Positions 1-8,631 of a stretch of DNA of 32,000 bases are shown here, one piece after another; position 1 is the first letter of the stretch, and each line of letters begins with the position of its first letter. Made by a program: the position numbers and the translations under genes. The notes beneath the pieces are model-generated. The model made no database searches, was not told the origin of the DNA, and worked only from the letters and a program-made list of their open reading frames with translations. This DNA is from Methanothermobacter thermautotrophicus str. Delta H (GTDB taxonomy: Archaea; Methanobacteriota; Methanobacteria; Methanobacteriales; Methanothermobacteraceae), in the NCBI RefSeq assembly GCF_000008645.1, contig NC_000916.1, positions 450,001 through 482,000 of the forward strand, read 5' to 3'.

Positions 1-218
1 GTGATGTTTACAAGATGCACAGCTACAAGGATGCCATACTGCGCAGTGTGGGGGCCTACATACTCTACCCCGGGGATGAGGATGTTTTATTCAGTGAGGG
101 AGGCGGTGAGGTGCCATCGGTTGGTGCATTTCCACTGAGGCCCGGCGAATCCCATGTGGATGAGAGGAGACTGCGTGACTTTATAGAGAGGGCTATTCTG
201 AATATAATCGAAGGGTAA
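1..218 (+). CDS. 3' end of a gene truncated by the window edge; C-terminal part of a PD-(D/E)XK-type nuclease domain (McrC / DUF524-DUF2357-like, tentative)
   Basis: Frame is open from base 3 (..DVYKMHSYKDAILRSVGAYILYPGDE..) to the stop at 216-218. The YKMH-x-YKDAI .. GAYILYPG pattern resembles the (D/E)xK core region of restriction-type nucleases. Not verifiable without a search. Confidence 0.4.
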   Translation, partial: DVYKMHSYKDAILRSVGAYILYPGDEDVLFSEGGGEVPSVGAFPLRPGESHVDERRLRDFIERAILNIIEG

Positions 219-317
219 TAACCTTTTATACATGGAATCCCCCCAGAGAACTCACCGGGAGATCAGGAATTTAGAAGAAAGAATCAGCGCAGAACTTCTC
301 CACATCAAAAAAAGAAT

Positions 318-666
318 TTACCCGAGAAGGTCACTGACCCTCTCGGAGCTCCTCTTCATCTCTATCCTTATCATACCCAGGTTCACATCAACATCCGTTA
401 TGACAACGAGGATCCCCTCCCCTGCATCTATCATGAGGGTCTTACCACGTTTACCCTCAATCATGACCTGCTCGAGGGGCTCATGTTTTATCTCCTCGGC
501 TGACCTCTCGGCTGTACCGAAGACCGCTGATGCCATGGCAGCCACGAGTTCAGCGTCAATGTCACCCGGGACTTCACTCTCTATTATGAGACCATCCTTA
601 CCCACAACAAGTGAGCCGTTAACACCGTTGAATCCTTCCAAGGTCCTTCAGTATCCTCCCTATCAA
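318..666 (-). CDS. Roadblock/LC7 (MglB-like) domain protein; N-terminus apparently frameshifted as assembled
   Basis: ORF 318..641 ([45 protein letters not shown]) has a typical Roadblock/LC7 pattern. The TTG at 666 lies exactly 7 nt after a GGGGG SD and 12 nt after the Hmd-paralogue stop. It reads MIGRILKDL in another frame and joins the ORF only if one base near 638-640 is removed. Confidence 0.75.
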
Positions 667-677
667 CCTGAAACCCC

Positions 678-1703
678 CTATTCAAACATCTTCCTCATGC
701 ATCTCCTTATGGTACCCTCAGCTGCACGGTCACCAATGACGGTCTTCAGTTCACCTGTAAGGGCCTGTGCAGCCACCAGGTCAGTGTGGTTAACCTCTGC
801 CCCCTCAATCCACTTCATGACGTCATCGTTGAGGTCTGAGATCTTCTTGAGGGCTGCGTCGAGTTCCTCCTGCTCATCCAGCAGGTGCATCGACCTTGCA
901 CTTTTTACGAGCAGCTCAGGGTTGATGGCGGCTGCCATCCCGTCAACACCTGATGTCTCAACCAGGGACGCCATTGTCTGGAGTGTCATGAGTATCTGCT
1001 TCTCAACCATCTCCTCGGGGGCCTTTATGATCTGTGTACCCACATAGTAGTAGTCCAGTACACCTGCAAGTGCCACCGCTGTGACCAGTGACCCCATATC
1101 GGCCACCGCTGAGGTCACATCTGCCGGTACTATGTAGGCCTTCTTGCCTGTGCTCTCTGCCAGTTCAGCGCACCTTGATACCTGTTCATCGGTTGCCATG
1201 TCCAGTTCAGCTGTGGGTCTCCCGCCGATGACGTAGTGGCCATGCTGTGGTGTCCCTGGCACGGCTGCCGGGTGCATGGAGGATACCCCCACGTCGGTCC
1301 TCTCCAGTTTGAGTTCCTTCTCAAGGACGTAGTAGAGGACCACCGGTGATACCGTGCATGTGTTGGCTATGACTGAGCCCTCAGGGAGTTCAGGGAGTAT
1401 CTCCCTGGCTATACTGAAGGTACCCTTACCGAAGGGGGTGAAGAGCACTGCCACTTCAGCCTCACTGGCGGCCTCCTTATCGTTATCTGTTACCGTTACA
1501 CCGGCCTCCTCGACCATGCTCCACTGCTCATCGTCCAGGAATTCCCTTGAAGGTTCCGCCAGTATAACATCATGTCCGGCCATTGCAAACTCCATGGCCA
1601 TCCTGCTTCCACCGTAGGGTGCCTCCCCACCATACCTTTCAGGGAGGTTCAGTTCATCGGTATATAACTTCTGATTACCAGCACCGTAGACTGTCACCTT
1701 CAT
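678..1703 (-). CDS. Hmd paralogue (HmdII/HmdIII-type homologue of H2-forming methylene-H4MPT dehydrogenase)
   Basis: MKVTVYGAGNQKLY.. N-terminal Rossmann-like motif. The roughly 340 aa length and overall sequence match my recollection of the HmdII/III paralogues of Methanothermobacter. ATG 1703 (preceded by GAGTGATAGCA) is preferred over the track's GTG 1721. Confidence 0.8.
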   Translation of the reverse strand: MKVTVYGAGNQKLYTDELNLPERYGGEAPYGGSRMAMEFAMAGHDVILAEPSREFLDDEQWSMVEEAGVTVTDNDKEAASEAEVAVLFTPFGKGTFSIAREILPELPEGSVIANTCTVSPVVLYYVLEKELKLERTDVGVSSMHPAAVPGTPQHGHYVIGGRPTAELDMATDEQVSRCAELAESTGKKAYIVPADVTSAVADMGSLVTAVALAGVLDYYYVGTQIIKAPEEMVEKQILMTLQTMASLVETSGVDGMAAAINPELLVKSARSMHLLDEQEELDAALKKISDLNDDVMKWIEGAEVNHTDLVAAQALTGELKTVIGDRAAEGTIRRCMRKMFE

Positions 1704-1839
1704 TGCTATCACTCTTTTCACATTGGAAATCTACAGAAGAAAAGTTTAGTTCTGGAGCCTCACCCTATTAAAGTTTTTTCCTGATTGGGGATTTTATGGG
1801 CCCTGTTATTAACTTCAGGGCCCTTTGAATGCTTCTAGT

Positions 1840-1858
1840 GTCTGAAAATATTTCAGAC
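1840..1858. promoter_or_regulatory. Perfect 8-bp inverted repeat GTCTGAAA-ATA-TTTCAGAC, a candidate operator in the divergent hmd-paralogue / K+ channel intergenic region
   Basis: Read directly. It lies just upstream of a TTATAAATA TATA-like box (1872-1880), about 56 nt before the channel start codon. Confidence 0.3.
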
Positions 1859-1935
1859 CATCATGGGGTGGTTATAAATAATCATCTCGACAGATAGTAA
1901 TTCTGGTTCATGATTCCAGAGGTGGGGGTTTTGCC

Positions 1936-2706
1936 GTGAAAGATCTTCAGTCAGGGCTGAGGGTATTATTTGAGGTGGTATTCCTTGCTGTGCTGGGCCT
2001 CGATGGCTTCGCACTCTTCATAAGCGTATTCCTGCCGCTGCAGTCGGGTACCTTCCAGGCGGTGGTCCTCCTTGACCTTGCAGCCAGTGCAATGGTCTTG
2101 GTGGCCTACCTCACCAGGCCGGGGGTACGTGACAGGTGGAACGTCCCCCTCGTCGCCGCGCCCTTCTACTTCATAGGCGTGACCATCCTCGGTGTGCCGC
2201 AGCACTCACCCATACTTGCAGCCCTGAACCTGGTGAAGGTTGCCGGCATCCTCATGGCCGTCAGGGACCTTGCAGGTTCCGTGGGTGAGTTCATGAGGAG
2301 GAGCAGGCTCGGCTACGGGGTGGGACTCTTCATATCCGTGATATTCGTCTTCACCATACTCTTCTACATCGTCGAAAGCCCGGTCAACCCCCTGGTGGTG
2401 ACCTATGAGGACTCCCTCTGGTATGTGCTGCAGACCATAACAACGGTGGGCTACGGGGACATAGTACCTGTAACCTCCCTGGGAAGGTTCACAGGTATGG
2501 TCATAATGTTCAGCGCCATCGCATCCACGAGCCTCATAACAGCCTCCGCCACATCCACACTCCTTGAGACCCTCAGGGGGGAGCAGGAGAGGATAGAATC
2601 AAGGAGGCGGGATGAGTTCAGGGAAATCGAGGCCAGAATCAGTGGAGTTGAGGAGAGGCTTGAGAGGATAGAGGAGATGCTGGGGGAACTCAGGAAAGGA
2701 CCATGA
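1936..2706 (+). CDS. Potassium channel (TVGYGD selectivity filter) with multi-TM N-terminal part and C-terminal coiled coil
   Basis: TITTVGYGDIVP signature between two hydrophobic helices, four further upstream TM segments, and an ERIESRRRDEFREIEARISGVEERLERIEEMLGEL tail. GTG start 7 nt after a G-rich SD. Confidence 0.85.
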   Translation: MKDLQSGLRVLFEVVFLAVLGLDGFALFISVFLPLQSGTFQAVVLLDLAASAMVLVAYLTRPGVRDRWNVPLVAAPFYFIGVTILGVPQHSPILAALNLVKVAGILMAVRDLAGSVGEFMRRSRLGYGVGLFISVIFVFTILFYIVESPVNPLVVTYEDSLWYVLQTITTVGYGDIVPVTSLGRFTGMVIMFSAIASTSLITASATSTLLETLRGEQERIESRRRDEFREIEARISGVEERLERIEEMLGELRKGP

Positions 2707-2708
2707 TA

Positions 2709-3359
2709 CTATTCAATGGCTGTGCCGGTTGCAGTCACAGCCAAGAGCTCACCGCCAATCACCGTAACCTTAACTTCGATGTCAACAACTCCCCTGCCAC
2801 CCATGGACTCTGCATCTGAGAGCATCCTCTCAACCGCCAGCCTCCTGAGTCCATCGAGGTCCCCTGGATCCCCCACGGCCTCACCAGCAGCTATACCTAT
2901 CCCCACCCCATGGGGCCCATACTCCAGGGGTACGGTATCATCTCCCCCTGATAAACGATCCCCCAAACCCTTACCCAGGAGTCCCAGGGCGTATGTGATG
3001 GCAGCTGCAAGGATGAAGTTCACGGTGGTGGGGAATGCTGCCTGGAATGCCAGGAGGAGGCCCCCTACCGTGAAGACATTCCACTGGATGGGTTCGGCCG
3101 GGAACAGCCAGCCATAGATGTTCACGGCGAAGAATACCAGTATGGCGCTCAGGGCACCTGTGCTGGCCCCATATTTTCTCCCGGCGACGTATGACTCCAT
3201 GAAGCCCGCAAGGAGTGGTGATACTATGTACATTATGTTGAAACCGAATATGATAAGCTCTAACTTAACAGATACCGCCGCAGATGCGAGGCCCGCTGCA
3301 AGGCCTGCCAGCACAGCCAGTATGGCCCACCTGTAACTCCTCAACTCAGACACCCTCAC
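2709..3359 (-). CDS. Integral membrane protein with C-terminal YbjQ/UPF0145-like segment
   Basis: About 5 TM helices, then ..[39 protein letters not shown], which resembles the C-terminal half of YbjQ-family domains. GTG start at 3359. Confidence 0.6.
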   Translation of the reverse strand: MRVSELRSYRWAILAVLAGLAAGLASAAVSVKLELIIFGFNIMYIVSPLLAGFMESYVAGRKYGASTGALSAILVFFAVNIYGWLFPAEPIQWNVFTVGGLLLAFQAAFPTTVNFILAAAITYALGLLGKGLGDRLSGGDDTVPLEYGPHGVGIGIAAGEAVGDPGDLDGLRRLAVERMLSDAESMGGRGVVDIEVKVTVIGGELLAVTATGTAIE

Positions 3360-3430
3360 TCCTCATCCTCAGATTCTGGCTCCATCCAGTTCATACATCC
3401 ACCCGGACACCCCTCACTCCTCATCCTCAG
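3349..3430. repeat. Direct repeat GACACC(C)CTCACTCCTCATCCTCAG, 24 nt (3349-3372) and 25 nt (3406-3430), offset 58 bp
   Basis: Read directly. The copies differ by a single C. On the minus strand each encodes ..EDEE-stop, in two different frames. Confidence 0.9.
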
Positions 3431-3745
3431 TGGATACTGCCGTGCCTGTGGTGATACGAGTATGGTGTTCCCCATGGTCCCCCCGAGGTTGTGGTAGTCC
3501 AGGCGCACCCCGATGATGGCGTCTGCACCGAGCCTCTCAGCTGCACTTGCCATGGAGGACAGTGCTAGCTCCCTGGCCCTTGCAAGTTCCCTCTCATAGG
3601 CCGAGGTCCTGCCACCCACAACGTCCCTGACACCCGAGAAGATGTCCTTGTATATGTTGGCGCCTATGAGGGCATCCCCTGTAACTATACCATGGTACCT
3701 GGATATCCTCTTACCATCAATCGTCTGTGAAGTCAGCATAAGCAT
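3356..3745 (-). CDS. YbjQ / UPF0145 family (putative heavy-metal-binding) protein; C-terminus frameshifted as assembled
   Basis: [70 protein letters not shown] is canonical YbjQ. The expected terminal strand [13 protein letters not shown]-stop lies in a different frame (stop at 3414-3416), and the frame switch is near 3452-3460. ATG 3745 is 8 nt after GGAGG. Confidence 0.8.
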   Translation of the reverse strand: MLMLTSQTIDGKRISRYHGIVTGDALIGANIYKDIFSGVRDVVGGRTSAYERELARARELALSSMASAAERLGADAIIGVRLDYHNLGGTMGNTILVSPQARQYPLRMRSEGCPGGCMNWMEPESEDEE

Positions 3746-4055
3746 CCTGAAGTCCTCCACCCACCTCTATGTTTAAGGGGACCCATATATCTACCGGCCT
3801 CCGGGTCCATCAGTAGATAGGTGGGATTTTAAAGATAGAGGTGATGCCACAACGAGATAAGTGGGAGTCCAGGACCCTCCCCCTGTATGGGGGTCCCCAT
3901 TTAGAATTTAATCCCCTCCCGAGGAATCATTAAACAGGTGCCCGAGCTAAATCTGGAGATGGATGATGCTCATTCTTCGAGATACTCATGAAGATTAGGA
4001 ATAAATAAATAGAAGGTGGGGCAGATACATTACCGTTTTAATGGGGGGAATCTAT

Positions 4056-4611
4056 ATGAGAGAAACTTATAGCTGTGGGGGTTCTGCTTCTGGCCGTTAT
4101 GGTTTCAGGCTGCACAACAACCACTGAAACAGGTAACACAACCGTGCCTGACATACCATACAGGACCTACTCTGACAGTGAAATTTCCTTCAGGTACCCT
4201 GAATCCTGGACCTCTGAAAATCTAACCGTCCAGACACCAAATACCATTGCCGCCGTTGCGGATCCAGCATCTGTGGAGTCATCAGGGAACATCGTAACCC
4301 TTGTGATCATACAGAGCATTCCACTGCCATCAGGTAAGACCCTTAAGGACGTCTATGACGAGACCTACAGGTCCTTTGAACAGCAGTCAGGGTATCAGCT
4401 CATATCCGAGAGAACACTGACCATCGATGGCGTTACAGCCTACGAAAACATACACAGGATAAATGTTGATGGTGTCACTAAACAGGAACGTGCAACATGG
4501 CTCGAGAAGAACGGTAAGATATACGTCATCCTCTGTGGAACATCACCTGAAAGGTTTGACACAGAGAACAGGAACTTCGACCTCATAACATACTCATTCC
4601 AGGTGAAATGA
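4056..4611 (+). CDS. Secreted lipoprotein, paralogue family A (PsbP/DcrB-like alpha/beta domain, tentative)
   Basis: ORF 4075..4611 begins ..LLLAVMVSGC (lipobox-like). ATG 4056 lies exactly 7 nt after GGGGGG and would give M(R)EKLIAVGVLLLAVMVSGC, but it is out of frame by one base within 4056-4075. The ISFRYPESW and NFDLITYSFQVK motifs are shared with 4640..5104 and 17632..18329. Confidence 0.7.
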
Positions 4612-4639
4612 AAAAACCTCATAACATGAAAGGGTAAAA

Positions 4640-5104
4640 ATGAAAAAAACGGTATTCCTCATCCTGATCTTTTCAGTTGCCGTTTCAGGATGCCTCGGCA
4701 ACGGCTACAGGGTCTTTGAGAATCAGGAGATCATATTCCACTACCCTGCATCCTGGAGCCAGGTTTCCTTCATACACCCACCCGGTGACGTGGACACCTA
4801 CTATGAATATGCCGTGACGGTGGCAGAACCAGGAGGAGGACTTGATACGGTGGCCACAGTTGAGAAGCTGAAGGCGAACCGCAGTTATCCCACCCCGGAG
4901 GGTGTGCCTGATAAAAGGAACATCAGCCTGAGGGGTTACCCTGGAGTCGAGTTCAGGTACCCTGAGAATGAGAGCATGGTGAGGGTTACCATTATAAGCA
5001 CACCACGCGGACGCTATTGCCTGGTGTGCCGTGCAAGGAGTGAGGACTTTGAGGGTGAACTGGAGAACTTTGACCTCATAAAGTACTCCTTCAGGGTGAA
5101 GTAG
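4640..5104 (+). CDS. Secreted lipoprotein, paralogue family A
   Basis: MKKTVFLILIFSVAVSGC signal/lipobox. The IIFHYPASW and NFDLIKYSFRVK motifs parallel the upstream gene. Confidence 0.75.
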   Translation: MKKTVFLILIFSVAVSGCLGNGYRVFENQEIIFHYPASWSQVSFIHPPGDVDTYYEYAVTVAEPGGGLDTVATVEKLKANRSYPTPEGVPDKRNISLRGYPGVEFRYPENESMVRVTIISTPRGRYCLVCRARSEDFEGELENFDLIKYSFRVK

Positions 5105-5131
5105 GATCCACGCTCCTGTAGGCGTGCAGCT

Positions 5132-6553
5132 CTAGCCATACCTTACCTCTCCAAACCTCTGGAGTATATCCATCTCCTCCTCACCTATCTCAGGGTCTCC
5201 CCTTAGTATCACGGGTATCTCGCTGAGGGGCTTTGCCCTTGTAACATCGTTTTTGAGTCTCTGGTACACCGCGTTTATGGCCCACCCATAATCCATATCC
5301 CCGGAATCAGTAACCCAGAGGACGTCTATGTCAGCATTTCTCGCCCTCTTAGATTCCTCGTCCCACATGCTGATGAATAACCTGTCTTCCTGCCTCCATG
5401 AGTATTCCTCATCACCTATTATGCCCACAACCTCCCTTACTCCATCCTCAAGGAATTTTGAGTGGCCGCAGACACGGCAGACCACGAACTGGCCCTCAGG
5501 TGTGTGGATCTTTTTGGGTTTGAACAGGTCCCTCCCGCATATGAGGGTCTGATAATCCTCCTTAAGAGCCCTCTGAGCCTTTTTCAACCTCTCAATGGCC
5601 CTCCTGGCAGCTATCCTGACCCCCTCCCCAGGGTCATTGAGGGCCTCCCTCAGCACATCAAGGGCCACGGCATCCCCTGCCTCTCCAAGGTAATCAGCGG
5701 CCCGCGCCCTGACCTCAGGGTCATGGGAGTTTCTGAGGTACCCCATGATCCTCTCCATGGCCTCCACGTATCCATCCATGTCATGAGGGTCAAGGTCCCT
5801 GAAGGCCCTCCTGAGGTCCTCTGCCTCACCACCGGCTCCTGCCTCCTGTCTTCCATTGATGTAGGTGCAGATGGAGCGGAATATGCAGAGACTGCAGAGA
5901 TTGTTCTCCCTTGGAGGGAACTCCTCCCGCCTTATCCTCTCAGCCACGTCCTCAAGGAGCCCCTCGATGTCTGCTGCCGGTTCTATCAGGTGCCATTCTG
6001 AATCCTCAAAGGTGTAGGCCAGGAAGCCGTCGAAGTCAAGGTCCAGGGCGTGCCTGTACACTCCCAGCTGGAGTTCAATGTCCCGTGCATGGATGCCCGA
6101 CCCTGACATTGACTTGAAGTCCACCAGCTCCAGGCCGCCTTCACGGTTCCTTATGATGAGGTCTGTCTGACCAGTTATCATGAAGCCGTCCTTCATTATG
6201 CTGAAGGGCTTCTCTGCAGAGACTATCTCTGATGCGCGGCCCCTTATCTCCTCAAGGTAGCGTTTTAGTTTTGATATGAATGCCCTGAATCCATCAGGGG
6301 ACATTTCGATGTCCCTGAGTGCATGTGATGCCAGTTCCTGAAGGTAATCATCTGTCACAGCCTCGCCACGCATCAGGCGCCTGTTTATCCTCCGGAGGCA
6401 CTCATGGACCGCTATACCGTAGAGCTGGTCCCTGGTTGAGGGGACGTCGAATCCGTACTCATAGAGCAGCATGTACCTGAAGGGGCAGGTGAGGTAGGTG
6501 TTGAGCTCTGTGAAGCTGATCCTGAAGATCTCCCTGGTCTCAATGTCCTCCAA
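5132..6553 (-). CDS. Cas4/AddB-like PD-(D/E)XK nuclease with 4-Cys (Fe-S type) signature, fused to HEAT-like repeats and a C-terminal Cys-pair domain
   Basis: N-terminal Cys (LTCPFRY), core QTDLII..LELVDFKS, and C-x2-C-x5-C (CSLCIFRSIC). Then EVRARAADYLGEAGDAVALDVLREALNDPGEGVRIAARRAIERL (PBS-lyase/HEAT type). Then CGRD..x18..CRVCGH plus about 110 aa with no match I recognise. The gene overlaps the helicase gene by 14 nt. Confidence 0.7.
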   Translation of the reverse strand: MEDIETREIFRISFTELNTYLTCPFRYMLLYEYGFDVPSTRDQLYGIAVHECLRRINRRLMRGEAVTDDYLQELASHALRDIEMSPDGFRAFISKLKRYLEEIRGRASEIVSAEKPFSIMKDGFMITGQTDLIIRNREGGLELVDFKSMSGSGIHARDIELQLGVYRHALDLDFDGFLAYTFEDSEWHLIEPAADIEGLLEDVAERIRREEFPPRENNLCSLCIFRSICTYINGRQEAGAGGEAEDLRRAFRDLDPHDMDGYVEAMERIMGYLRNSHDPEVRARAADYLGEAGDAVALDVLREALNDPGEGVRIAARRAIERLKKAQRALKEDYQTLICGRDLFKPKKIHTPEGQFVVCRVCGHSKFLEDGVREVVGIIGDEEYSWRQEDRLFISMWDEESKRARNADIDVLWVTDSGDMDYGWAINAVYQRLKNDVTRAKPLSEIPVILRGDPEIGEEEMDILQRFGEVRYG

Positions 6554-8582
6554 CCTGGCAGCTGTTCTTTATGATCTCTATCCTGGCATCCTCTGGGTCT
6601 ATCCTCCCCAGCCTGTCACTGGTTATCCTTGAAGTTTTGATGAGATCCTCTATGAACTCCGAGTAACCGATCCGGCCCCTGTGGTTTTTGGTTGCTGATA
6701 CTATGAGCATGTCCTGGGCCCGGGTCATCCCCACATAGAAGAGGCGCCTCTCCTCGATCTCATCAGTCCTCATGGTGCTCCTACGGAGTTCCTCGGGTAA
6801 TTCGAGTTCACTCCTCTCCCGGACCTTCCTGGGGAATTTCCCGTTGAATACAGAGCATATTATGACCACCGGAAACTCGAGGCCCTTGGCCCTGTGCATT
6901 GTCATTATGTTGACTGAGTAGGGGTTATCAAGGAGTATCTGGTCGTACTTTTTGATTCTACCCGACATGGCCATCCTTATGAACTCCATGAGGCCCTCCA
7001 CGCCTGGCTCCAGGGATATGCGCTCGTAGTCCTTTATGAGTGAGCTGAACCTTGCCAGGTTGTAGAGCTTCTCCCTTGACTCATCATCACCCCTCTCAAG
7101 GAGCCTGTGGGGGTACTCTGTCAGTTCAAGGATCTCATAGTACCTCTCAAGTACTCCGAGGTCGCTGTCGATGAGTCTGTTGAGGGCCACAAGTTTCCTG
7201 ATGTCATCGGGGTCTGTGAATCCTGCCCCCCTGAATTCCCTGTGCTCCCTGAGGCCCCTTAATTCCTCCTCATCCATGTCCAGGATGCGGTTGACGCTGC
7301 CGGGGGTCAGGTCCATGAACTCGCCCTCAAGGTGTTCGTATTTCAGTTTTCTGATTATCTTCCTCCTCTCATTCCGGGTGTGGTGGAGGAGGTGCATGAT
7401 GTAGAGTATTTCCTCCCGGTCAAAGAAGCCTCCCTCACCGTATACATTGAAGGGTATGCCCTCCCTGCGTAGTTCATTCATTATCTCCACTGCATCGTGC
7501 TTCACGCTTCTGAAGAGGAGGGTCACGTAGCCCTGGTGGGGTATTACACCGTGGTCAACGAGGGCCCTTATTATTCCCACCACATTGGATGGTTCATCCT
7601 GGTGTGTGGGGTTGTCCAGGATGAATACCCTGTTCTCTGAGTCCCTCACGGGCCTTATGTCCTTGGGGTACTCTCTGTAACCATCCATGAACCGCTGGGT
7701 GACGTCAACTATGCTGGGGACGGACCTGAAGTTCTTCTCAAGCATGACAACCTCGGCACCGTACTTCTTCTGGAAGCCCAGGAAGTTTTCGGGGGTGGAT
7801 CCCCTGAAACCGTAGATGCTCTGGTCCTCGTCTCCAACAGCGAAGATGTTGCATTCCTCCCCTGCCAGGAGTTCAAGGAACCTCTCCTGTATCTGGTTGG
7901 TGTCCTGGTACTCGTCCACCATGAGGAACCTGTACCTTGACCTGAGGTCATCCAGGATCTTACTGTCGTTTTCAAGGAGTCTGACGACCCTCCACTGCAT
8001 CCCTGCAAAGTCAAGCAGGCCGTTCTCATCCATGAGGTTGAGGTACCTCTGGTAGGCCTCTGCAACGGTCATCTCGAACCTCCCTGCACCCTTATTTCTG
8101 TAGTGCTGGATCAGGGTCTCGGGGTCGACCATGTTCTCCTGGCACTCGCTGAAGAAGCCCTGGATGAGGGGGAACCTCTCCCTCTGTACATTGCCAAGTC
8201 CCAGCTGTTCCCTGTGTTCGTATATGAACATGAGCTGGTTTTCCTCATCCAGGACATGGAAGTTTGAGCCGAGGGTGTGGTGGTCGGGGTACATGCGGAG
8301 TATGCGGTTGCAGAAGGAGTGTATGGTTGATATCTGCATCTCCTCTGCCCTTCCACCCACACGTCTGATTATCCTCTCCTTGAGTTCATCTGCGGCCTTC
8401 CTGGTGAAGGTTATCACGACCAGGGATGATGGTTCAGCACCCCTCTCATCTATGAGGTGGGCGACCCTCTCCACTATGATCCTGGTCTTCCCGGCCCCCG
8501 GCCCTGCAACAACGAGGAGGGGTCCGGTGAAGTGTTCAACTGCTCTGCGCTGTTCATCTGTGAGCTGAATCTCCCCTGTCAT
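6540..8582 (-). CDS. UvrD/Rep/PcrA-family superfamily-1 DNA helicase
   Basis: LTDEQRRAVEH, Walker A GPGAGKT, VVITFTRKAADEL, MVDEYQDTNQIQ, VGDEDQSIYGFRG and MTMHRAKGLEFPVV motifs. ATG 8582 (8 nt after GGGG) is preferred over GTG 8591. Confidence 0.9.
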   Translation of the reverse strand: MTGEIQLTDEQRRAVEHFTGPLLVVAGPGAGKTRIIVERVAHLIDERGAEPSSLVVITFTRKAADELKERIIRRVGGRAEEMQISTIHSFCNRILRMYPDHHTLGSNFHVLDEENQLMFIYEHREQLGLGNVQRERFPLIQGFFSECQENMVDPETLIQHYRNKGAGRFEMTVAEAYQRYLNLMDENGLLDFAGMQWRVVRLLENDSKILDDLRSRYRFLMVDEYQDTNQIQERFLELLAGEECNIFAVGDEDQSIYGFRGSTPENFLGFQKKYGAEVVMLEKNFRSVPSIVDVTQRFMDGYREYPKDIRPVRDSENRVFILDNPTHQDEPSNVVGIIRALVDHGVIPHQGYVTLLFRSVKHDAVEIMNELRREGIPFNVYGEGGFFDREEILYIMHLLHHTRNERRKIIRKLKYEHLEGEFMDLTPGSVNRILDMDEEELRGLREHREFRGAGFTDPDDIRKLVALNRLIDSDLGVLERYYEILELTEYPHRLLERGDDESREKLYNLARFSSLIKDYERISLEPGVEGLMEFIRMAMSGRIKKYDQILLDNPYSVNIMTMHRAKGLEFPVVIICSVFNGKFPRKVRERSELELPEELRRSTMRTDEIEERRLFYVGMTRAQDMLIVSATKNHRGRIGYSEFIEDLIKTSRITSDRLGRIDPEDARIEIIKNSCQVGGH

Positions 8583-8623
8583 GAATGGCACCCCATAAAT
8601 GTTATTCTATGGTTTCCATCCAC

Positions 8624-8631
8624 TTTTATAG
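8624..8631 (-). promoter_or_regulatory. TATA-like box (CTATAAAAG on minus strand) for the helicase-nuclease operon
   Basis: AT-rich element about 40 nt upstream of ATG 8582, inside an AT-rich 240-bp divergent intergenic region. Confidence 0.3.

Noticed and set aside
232-1047. 271-aa plus-strand ORF covering the Roadblock gene and the 3' part of the hmd paralogue
   Set aside because: It is antisense to two genes with clear family signatures. Its Ser/Thr/Pro-rich low-complexity translation is typical of shadow ORFs, and it has no SD.
3843-3932. 29-codon ORF (MPQRDKWESRTLPLYGGPHLEFNPLPRNH) after a GAGGTGAT motif in the 300-bp YbjQ/lipoprotein intergenic region, plus a GGACCC..GGGTCC hairpin at 3872-3896
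   Set aside because: The start is not in the usual SD register and the peptide is featureless. The hairpin is short and no transcript direction supports a terminator role.
3938-3990. tRNA-like string GGTGCCCGAGC..
   Set aside because: No acceptor-stem complement and no T-loop (GTTCGAATC-type) follows, so it is not a tRNA.
5462-6001. 179-aa plus-strand ORF, and similar ORFs at 7171..7404, 7816..8055 and 8131..8568
   Set aside because: They are antisense to the nuclease and helicase genes, which carry full motif sets.
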